From assembly GCA_050084515.1 (NCBI GenBank), contig CM114271.1:30070001-30134000 (forward strand): DNA of 64,000 bases, in the 5' to 3' direction. Shown in pieces: positions 13,994-23,430 of the stretch (position 1 is its first letter; every line of letters starts with the position of its first letter). Origin of the DNA: Blasia pusilla (lineage: Eukaryota). Under the pieces are notes generated by a model. The model searched no databases. It saw nothing but the letters and a program-made list of their open reading frames with translations, and had not been told where the DNA came from. A program made the position numbers and the translations under genes.

Positions 13994-14882
13994 TGTCACA
14001 TCTGAGTAGCCGATAGGCCAAGATCTATCGTGGATAGGGTATAGGAGCCAGCCGACTATCTTGAGTGTAACTTTGTCCCACGATGTCAGATGAGGTTGAG
14101 GATAGGTCCGTTGTGTCAGGAACTTTGTTTCTAACAACTTTCCTGTTGAGGTCTTTCACAAACGGGTGACTTGTTGAACAGGTCACCTGCCCCTGCTAAC
14201 ATGTGCGGGCAGGTTACCAGGAGGATAGCTATTTTTAGGGGAAGAGCCTTTTGGCTCTTCTCAATCCTATATAAGGGAGGAAAATGGTTTTCCCAAGCCA
14301 TCTTTCTCATGTTGGGCCGTTGGAGCACCTCTCTTGTATGTGTGTGAGATAGGACTAGGGTGCTAACGTCCGCATTCCATGAGAAAGATCTTTGATATGA
14401 GGAAAAATAAATAGTTATAAAAACGGCACATCTAGACTAAAAATCCACTCCTCAATCTACATCGGCATATCGAGCCTCGTCCACCCTTCGCTATCAAGGA
14501 ATCCAGACGCTAGCACCCTAATCCTATCTCACACACATACAAGAGAGGTGCTTTAACGGCCCAACATGAGAAATATGGCTTGGGAAAACCATCTTCCTCC
14601 CTTATATATGGTTGGGAAGAGCCAAAAGGCTCTTCCCCTAAAAATAGGTATCCTCATGATAACCTACACGCACAGGTTAGCAGGGACGAGTGACCTAGTC
14701 AATAAGCCATCCGGCTATGAAAGACCTCAACAAAGAAGTTGATAGAAACGACGTTCCTGACACAAAGGACCTATCCTCAACCTCATCCGACGCCGTGGGA
14801 CAAAGTTACATTCAAGATAGTCCATTGGCTCCTACGCCCTATCCACGATAGATTTCGGTCTATCGGCTACTCAGATGTGACA
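13994..14882. repeat. Long inverted repeat (about 385-bp arms, about 120-bp spacer) made of two LTR-like segments
   Basis: Left arm 13994-~14378 starts TGTCACATCTGAGTAGCCGATAG. Right arm ~14498-14882 ends CTATCGGCTACTCAGATGTGACA. The arms are collinear with scattered mismatches and contain a TATATAAGGGAGG TATA-like motif. Confidence 0.92.
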
Positions 14883-15102
14883 GTTGTCGTGCGTATACAT
14901 ATCGCTACACAACATACATCGTTGGTCACATCTACACCACACAACACCGATCGATCTTCCCCACACACAGATAGATCCACACATGTACAAAAATCAACTC
15001 ATACATATACATGGAGATCACACAACCGCCCCCCTAGCTGGCACTTGGATGCCCCAAACTCCAGATAGAAAATATCACATCTCTCGGACATGACCTACTA
15101 CC

Positions 15103-15240
15103 CTATACACATCTCAGACACATCGATGGTCCCGTGGGAACTACATCAAGAGGGGCGGGGGGGGGGGAGGGTGGGGTGGGGTGGGGTTCAGACATGACAT
15201 ATGCCATCCTAAAAAACAACCATCACATCACAACATACAC
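15103..15240 (-). pseudogene. PHD finger at the C-terminus of the retroelement integrase
   Basis: Reads RCML*/CDGCFLGWHMSCLNP..PLDVVPTGPSMCLRCV*, matching the PHD pattern CxxC...CDxCxxxWHxxCLxPPLxxVPxGxWxCxxC. It has an internal deletion and a G-rich expansion at 15152-15186. Confidence 0.8.
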
Positions 15241-15299
15241 CTCAAGCCTGCAGGTACCACTGCCAAGCTCGGATCCAATGTCGCGTCTATGTTTGGAAG

Positions 15300-17990
15300 A
15301 TGACATGGCGCACAACTGCGCACATGATCCTTCCAAACCATACCATCATGTCCCTCCAACATGAGGACTCCGGTCGATAATATCTCGCCCATACGTAGGA
15401 TCGTGCGCCCTGCAGTGATATCTAGCGTCGTGGGTGCCGCCTGCTGTAAATACACGTAATCTCCGTGATGAAACCTCATAATCCTTGGACAATAACCTAC
15501 TCCATGAATGGTCATATACCTCAATGTATCTCTATGCTGAGCAATAGCTAAGTTCTCAAAGGCCATAGGCATAACTCTACAAAAAATCTCCACCCTCTGA
15601 GAACACGCTTGTATCCACACATCTGGATCATTAAGTCTAACATCTCCGCCATGTCACGTCAAATAGCTACAGGTAAATCTGGCTCTCTCCCAAAGAGCAA
15701 AAAGTACGGTGAAAATGACGCCAAGGATGCCTGCGGATTACAACGATAACCCGTAGCCAACCATGGCAATTGTAGGTTCCACTCCCTCAACTGTCCCCGC
15801 TGCAAGCCATACTTGCGCAATCCTCTCTTTCACCGTATGTACTACTCTCTCTGCCAACCCATCCACCTCAGGATGATCTCTGGACGTGGCGCGGTGATCT
15901 ATCAGCGCCTGATCACACAAGGCTAAAACTCGCCCCTGAACTCGGTACCCTAGTCAATCAACACCTCCGCCGGTGCACCAAAGTGAATCAGCACACAATC
16001 TAGAAACGCATAAGCTGTTCCCTCGCTCGCCTTGTCCGGTAGTGCCACCAACTCTATCCACTTGGAGAAATGCTCCACCATGACCAATACGTACCTATGA
16101 TGACGCCCCGTCAATGGCAAAGGTCCCGCAAAGTCTAAACTCCACTGATAATCTTAGCCCATAATCGGCAAAGGATGTAACTGCAGAGTGGGAGCATTGA
16201 AGGATGCTACACTCTGTCACATATCATACATCCAACCACAAACTGCTGTATCCCAGTATGCATGCCGCGCCACCAATACTGAACCTGGAGTAAGCTGTCA
16301 GTACGCTTTACTTCAAAATGCCCCAACTCCTCATGGGCATGTCGCACTATACGTGCTTGCTAGGAAGGATGAGGTACCACTCGTATCCTACCATCTCCCC
16401 ATACTTGCAGAATGTGAGTCCCCTCCCACATGAACCTCCAGGCTCTCTGTAGGATCCGATCTAGCTCCCTAGCACTCACTGTGCTCGCTATGAGGCTAGT
16501 GCGCAAGAACTCCACAACCTCCACGTCGTCATGGATATCACGATCACTTGTCGCCTCCTCAATGACCTTCGGATCCAAAGACTCATCATCCAACCCCACC
16601 ATTGGAGTCATCACCTGTGGCTGACCTACTATAGTCAACCAACAAAGACAGGCAGATGCATGCCAACCGGGCACCATCTCCTCATCACTCTCTCCGTGCC
16701 ATCGAGCTCTTATGTCATCTCTCTGACTCGGACATGGGTTATGACTCAACCCATCCGCATCTTGGTTTAGCCGACCTGGCCTATGAACCACCTCAAACTC
16801 ATACTCTTGTAGTAATAGAGCCCACTTGGAAAGCTTTCATGTAAGCTTGTCGGACTCCATCAACCACCTCAACGGTTGATGATGAGTGATAAGTGTGAAA
16901 GGGTTGCCGAATAAATAGTACCTGAAATGTGCCACAGCCCACACTGCACCCAAGCACTCTCCCTCGTAGGAGCTGTACTTTGCCTCTCCAATGTTGTTCG
17001 ATTGGCTCGCGTAAGCCACAACGAACCTCCTCTCCTCGTCATCCCTCTGAGTAAGCATTGCTCCTAGACCCAACATGCTACAATCCGTATGTAATTGGAA
17101 TGGACGACCCCTAACCGGTCTCTGTAAAATGGGTGAGGACGTCAACCTATCCTTGAGCTCTTGAAATGCTCGCTCGTGATCACCTCCCCACAACCAAACC
17201 TGATCAAGTCCCGTCAACAAGGTCAAAGACTTTGCGATCGCACTAAAACCCTTGACACACCGTAGATAGAAGTTTGCCAATCCAAGAAACGCTTGGTCTC
17301 GACTCACATCTGTAGGGCATGGAATCTTCATAATAGCCTCCACCTTTGTCTACTGAACATCTAACCCACTCGGATATACGGTGTATCCCAAGTACTCAAT
17401 CTGCTCTTGAAAGAATCTGCACTTGCCTGGATGTAACTTCAGTCCGTGTAACTGCAATCGCCGAAACACCTCCTCCAGGTGTCGCTCATGCTCCTCAACC
17501 GTGGAACTGAAGATAAGAATATCATCTATGTAACATTGTACAAAATCCAAGCCATCCAAAATCCTATCCATCACTCTCTAAAACTCCAAAGGCGCGTTCT
17601 TCAACCCAAATGGCAAGAACCGCCACTAATACAAGCAATCTCTCCCGAAACGATCTATCCCCCATAATTTTGTCTTCTCCCTGTCCTCCAATCTGATAGG
17701 AAGCTGATGATAGCCAACATGGAGATCTAAAGTACTGGAGATCTTTGCATGCCCTAACGCATCAAAGATCTCCTCGGGACTAGGCATGGCGTACTGATCT
17801 GACCTCCTCTGTCGGTTTAGAGGACGATAATCTCCACACATCCGCCTATCCATCCAATTGCCATACATATCCTTCTTCGTCGGTGACTATGGCGGATACA
17901 TACTCCCCATGTGATAACTCCACAAGTCCTGCCTCCAATAAGTCCTGACTCATGCTCTGAATCAAGGCTCGCTCCATATCAGAATACCTG
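15300..17990 (-). pseudogene. Gypsy pol remnants: reverse transcriptase, RNase H and integrase
   Basis: RRMCGDYRPLN, STLDLHVGYHQ, VQCYIDDILIFS, LHPGKCRFFQEQIEYLG; FQLHTDCSMLGLGAMLTQ, YSSYEGECLGAVWAV; DFAGPLP, VMVEHFSKWIELVAL, DHPEVDGLAERVV. The RT-RH-INT order indicates Ty3/gypsy. Confidence 0.95.
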
Positions 17991-18889
17991 TAGGATCGAT
18001 GAAAGATTGACGTATCACTAGCCAACTCAATCCGTATCCCGGAACCCTTCAGCGTACCCAAATCTCTCATACTGAAGGCAAAACAACTCATATGCCCTCT
18101 CAAAAACCTATGAACTTGTTGTCGCTCTCCTCTTATCAACTTGAGACATATCACAGGCTCCCAAGTCTCCATCGTGACCTCACTCGGAGAGGACGCAACC
18201 TCTGGCTTTGGTTGCTATGTAGCAACTCTAGCCACTCCGCAACAGCCACTCCACTCTGGCCTCCTATCTCATGCTCCACATCCAAAAATGAACATGTGCT
18301 GCTCTGGCCGCCTTCGCACTCTCCGCTCGAACGACGTCCCATGAAGTCCATGGGTGCCTATCTCTCTTCGTCCCGCCCCCAGCCAATGCCTCTACAGACC
18401 CTCTAGGCAATGGTCCAACTGGTGGATGTGACGGCATGGATGACACTCGCATCTGTCTCGGCTCAGCCATACCTAAGGTCGTCGGAAGATAGGAAAACCA
18501 TTATCCAACTCAATTCGAATATGTGGACCCTTCAATGTACCCAAGTTGTGCATACTATATGCAAAATAATCCCTGAATCTCCACAAGAACTACAACATCT
18601 GTCTTGTCAACCTAGGACCAATCATCGACTCCCACGTCTCTGGAGCAGCAACATGCGCTCCCAAATCATACACCAACTCTCTAGACACTCTACTATGTCT
18701 TGCATCAGCAAAATGAACTCTCATCTCTCTGTGCTCTCGTGACATGTCCCATGAAGTCCATGGATGCCTTTCCATCACCATCGCGCCCCCAGCCAGTGTC
18801 TCACCCATCTCGATAGACGTTGCACTCCAAAGTGGACGTTATGTTACACACGCCTCTTGCATCCATCTCTGCCCAGCCAAACCAAGACT

Positions 18890-19380
18890 GCACACCCAAG
18901 TAAGACAGTTCAGTCCATGGCATGACCCGATACCTATCTACGGGATGCCTCTTCCATCATAGGCATGTCCGTCGTACCTGTAGAGAACCCCATAGCTCAC
19001 TCTCGCTCGTCGATGTTGGGGTCCACCAATGTACTTGCATGCTCATCCCATATCATGATTTTCTCCAAGGAGGAAGAATGACCCTGCCATGGCCACCCTG
19101 CCACCACCAAGTGTATCGGACCAACTATATCAAGATCTGGCGCCCCCAACAACGAAATGTCGGCCGAAAATACATGCTGATATCCCCTAACTGCAAAAAG
19201 TGGCAATAATTGAGGATATTGTTGGACTAGTCTCGACACATGATGTAATGAGACCCTACGTGCAGTCTCATCTCTCTCAACATACAAGTGTTGTTGTACT
19301 CGTTCGTATTCCGGCCTGCAACATTGTTGCCAACGATGTACTAATCCCTCCAAAGAGATCTAGTATACGTACATCCTCCT
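18890..19380 (-). pseudogene. DNMT3-like C5 cytosine methyltransferase domain inside gypsy pol (copy 1; motifs V-VIII deleted)
   Basis: Motif I VRILDLFGGISTSL, motif II YVERDETAR, motif III DISLL, motif IV GPIHLVVAGWPWQGHS (catalytic C to W), then motifs IX-X ERE*AMGFSTGTTDMPMMEEASRR*VSG. Collinear with DNMT3 (IRVLSLFDGIATG...GPFDLVIGGSPCNDLS...EMERVFGFPVHYTD...RQRLLG). Confidence 0.85.
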
Positions 19381-20359
19381 TGGGATAGTGCCACACAATC
19401 GGTGTGGTGTCCAAGGGTGTCAATATATCCACTCCTAGAGCACGTGGTGACTCTATCCTATCTCGCTCTAGAGCATAGGCTCAGCTCCACGCCTGCCTCA
19501 CGAGCTTGTCTATCGTTGGTGTAGTTGGCAACTCCGCCACTCTAGCCGCTGCTGCATGCCAAATCTCTGTGGCTCTTGTCCCAATCACATGCTCCAAGGG
19601 TACCTCTGCCACATCTCATGTGCGTCTATGAGAATGAGTTTGGTTCTTCTAGTCTCAACACTAGAAGAACCAAACTCATTGCTCTCTCAAAGCGTCATCG
19701 CCAACCAAAAAACATCAGCTTGTCGACCTCCACATGTCAACAAATCTCTCGCCGTGAATAGTGGGACGCTACATAAAGCCATCGCCATCTCTCGTAACTA
19801 GGCTGTGTCGAATGTTGCATAGGCCTGGTAGACGTACTCGCCTCACCCGCTCCTCTAACTGCATCGGCATCTGCAACAACAATGCTCCTCAAAGGCCATC
19901 TAGGGACCATCAATGGGGTCCGAAGAGCCTCTGAAAATGTAAAAGACTGGGGAAGTCTAGCCTGCCTGCCAGCTTCTCCCCTCTAGGGATCCAACTCCAC
20001 ATTGGATCCTCGTTGCTCAGAAGCTCTCACCGCGCCTCTCCTAACCATTGCATTTGCATCCACCTGTGTAGTGTTGCACAAAAATCCCATACCTCTTAGA
20101 TCTCCCGCTGTATGCAGGGCCTTAGAAGATCCAGAAGTCGACGCGCCCCCTGCACTTGATGTAGATGCATGCTGGGTCGTCATAGCCTGAAGGCGTTGCT
20201 CCAACTGAGCAATCCTTGCCAAAGCTGCCTTTGATGCAAGTGTTGCACTTGCTCTGGCAGGTGGTGGGGTCTTGCCTCCACCACGTCCTCGAACTCCTAC
20301 ACCTCGTCATCTGCCACCTCTAGGTCCTTCACCTCCCTGTGAGCGCAGCTCGGGGTGGA

Positions 20360-21420
20360 GCTCGAAACATCTCTCATGTGTGTGCCCATATCTCTGGCAA
20401 TGATCACACTAAGGTAAGGGTGGCCTCCCCTGGGCTGCCTCATATACAGTTGATGGTGCTCCCTACATTCCACTTTGTTGTCTATAATCTTGCTAACGAT
20501 ATGATCCTCCACACGTCCAACAAGAAATACTTGAGCCCTGTTGCCCAACGTATGACTGAACTCGTCATGGTCCAAGCTCCCAATATCCTCCCTTGGTCCT
20601 ATGACTCTATCTCAAGTAGTGTGTTGCGGAAGTGATGGAGATGCTGTCACTCGTGTTGTCTCCCTCGAAGATGATGCGCCTGTCGTCAAAACTATCTCCT
20701 CAAGTATGTTGAGCTCAATCCGCTCTTACAACAAAAATACACATTTGAGAGTAGGGAAACCAACATGTAAGAGACTTGCATCTCCCACTCTCTTCCGCAA
20801 CTTGCGGTGTAGCATCGCATACCAGAATTGGACCGCTTGCGCCTCCATCGCATCCTAAGTCGCTATAATCAACTGTCGGAGCTGTGCAAAGGCCTCTCGA
20901 AGACTCTCTCGCTCTTTTCCGAGACTCATGAATCAACTTCAGCTTGTCGGTCCTCACCCCCTGAAAGTTCCTCCCCGACTCTCGAAAGAACTCAATCAAC
21001 GGGTTGAACGCGACTGATCACACTCGTAAGACTTGGGTCGACAACTCCTCCAAGTGTCTCCTCCGTGTGGTTAGTGGGTGCTACTGTAGCCACCACATCA
21101 TAAAACGCACGCCCTCTAAGGGACACATATCCTAGAGACCAAAATAGTCTCTACGCCTCGATCTCCGTCTCATGGAGAATCCAAAACTTGTGATAATCAT
21201 CCATGGGAGGGCCCTCCAGATGTTGAAAAAGTCCCTTCCATGCCATAAAGGGGTTGGAAATCTGTTGGTTTTGCATCCTATGTGCATCGCACCAACTATC
21301 GAACTCCTCCATAAAATCATCCAACTTGATGGTTTCCACCATGCTTGAGAACCGTCGGGGTCCCCTCGTGGATCCATAAATATGGCGATCATCCATGTCC
21401 CACAACAACGGTGTGGCAAC
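20360..21420 (-). pseudogene. Gypsy gag remnant with CCHC zinc knuckle
   Basis: IKLDDFMEEFDSWCD...AWKGLFQHLEGPPMDDY, and CDHCQRYGHTHERC (CX2CX4HX4C) at about 20408-20367. Confidence 0.75.
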
Positions 21421-22130
21421 ATTGCAACACTCCGTGGCCTCTAGGGTAACTGAGAATCCGCTAACGTTACCTCTGGAGTAACTACAACTCGCGACTGAGG
21501 TGGTTCCTCGTGTGGAAACCCTTGATACCTAGCCCCATTGCGTGTAAATCCTCCTCCATTTCTACCACTACCACGCTCCCCAATACTCTGTGGATGCGCC
21601 GTGGTGAAACTTGCAAACTACTATGACTCACTTTCGAGCCACTAGCTCTGCACTAGACAATGCCCAAACTGTGGACATGCCCCCACTTATCTCACTTGAG
21701 GTCAACACGCGGCAAATAGACTGCACACTAAGTCACTCCCGACTAGTGTGATATACATCCATCCCACCAAGTTCTCTACAATAGTCGCGGTAGTGCCGTG
21801 ACTCACCAACGTACTAATCCACAATGTATGTCACCTGAGAATCACCCCTCAAACATCTCCCAAAGTGAGTAAATTCCTCTGTGTGCAACAACTAGCCATC
21901 ACTTCCTTGTGGGTGTGTTGGTAACAAAACATGCAAAAGAACTCTCCAGTTAAGCACACTCTGGAGGAATTGAAGTGGGATGGGTGATCTGGAAGTTATG
22001 TTGAATTGGATCAGCAACGGATTGCCAAGTCCTCACGCCCACCAGCAAGCTGGGGCCTTCAACGCCTCTCACACCCACTCGCACCTTCGACACCTTTGCT
22101 GCCTCAAAGAAAAGGGCGACAGATTGAACC

Positions 22131-23430
22131 CAATTGGAAACTGGGTTCCGATTGCTGCGCCGCTTTGCCAACTCGCACGGAACTTGGACGTCACAAAAGT
22201 TCCTTCACCTATAAGAGTGTCAAATCAGAACTTCAATTCTGAATGCTCTTGGCTCACCCCTTCCTTCCTCACTTCACAGAAGAATGACAGAATTGGAATT
22301 GAAGTTCCAATTGCTCACTCCTCCCTCTCTGCTTCACACGCCGCGTCAAGCCGCACCTGATAGAAAGAGTCGCGCCCACTTGAACAAGCCGTGGAATAGG
22401 AACCAAAATTTTGATTCTTCTCCTTTCTTTCGTTGGCTTGAAGAAGAGCTGCGCCTTGCTTGAGAATCCATGGAATGGGAACTAAATTTTGGATTCTTCT
22501 CTCCTTCCTCTGAACGCCATGCTGAAATAGAGAGTATTGCTAACCTCACTTCTTGGGTCTGTGCCAAAGGGATCAGAACTTCAGTTCGATTGCCCTCACT
22601 ATCCTCTCCACCTCCATGTAGAGAGAACCCAACACAAGTGAGGAGCAGAATGGGAACTAGAGTTCCAATTGCCTCCTTCCTATCCTCTCCACCTTTATGT
22701 AGAGAAGACCCACAAGTGAGGAGCATAATGGGAATTGAAGTTCCAATTGCCTCCTCACTTCACTTCCCTACGCCGCTGCACTATGCCACACCGTAGTAGT
22801 CAACTGTAGTTGAAACGCTCAATTGTTCTCCAATTGAGACAGAATAGGAACTTGAGTTTCAAATCCTCCTTGCTTCCTTGTCACTCCCACTGCGCCAATC
22901 TCTGCTATGCCGTCAAGATGACCACCATGCACTTGAACCCCGCCTCGGCTCAACTGTGCTCAAAATGGAACTTGAGTTCCAAATCCCTTTTGCAGCTCCT
23001 TGTCACCCTTGCCGTGCCGTGCGGTGCCGCGCCTTTCATATGACTCGGCCCTTGCTGCTGGATCAGAATTTTAGTTTCGATTCCCACTTCGCCACTCTGC
23101 TCCGAACTGCCTCTTGGGAGGATTCTCTTGAATCAGAACTTAAGTTCTCATGCCTCCCTCAACTCCACCAACTTTGTGGATAGAAGTCCTAGTTATGCTC
23201 TAGTAACTACTCCAAACTAGTGGCGCTAGCTCCTCCACACTACTGGCACCCCAAACCTTTCCAACCTCTAATAGAGGAAAAGTTGACCACGTAACCTCTT
23301 CCTTGGTTGAACCACATTCACCAACAAGGGATATCGAAACTTCAGTTCCGATTGAATGAAGAGCTCTCCTCCTCCTCACTCCTTCTCACTTTCCAAACAA
23401 GGGCTATCAGCACTTAAGTTCTGATGCCTT
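22131..23430. repeat. Array of about 14 imperfect 22-bp palindromes (consensus AATnRGAACTTNAGTTCYnATT) separated by mostly unique spacers
   Basis: Motif cores at about 22136, 22227, 22295, 22399, 22478, 22575, 22653, 22731, 22847, 22967, 23065, 23135, 23336 and 23409, plus a partial at 21966. Period is about 70-120 bp. One spacer is tandemly duplicated (~22590-22750). Confidence 0.8.

Noticed and set aside
21960-23430. Calling the palindromic repeat-spacer array a CRISPR array
   Set aside because: The context is a eukaryotic retroelement with no cas genes. The repeats are degenerate and spacer lengths vary too much. Kept only as an unexplained repeat array.
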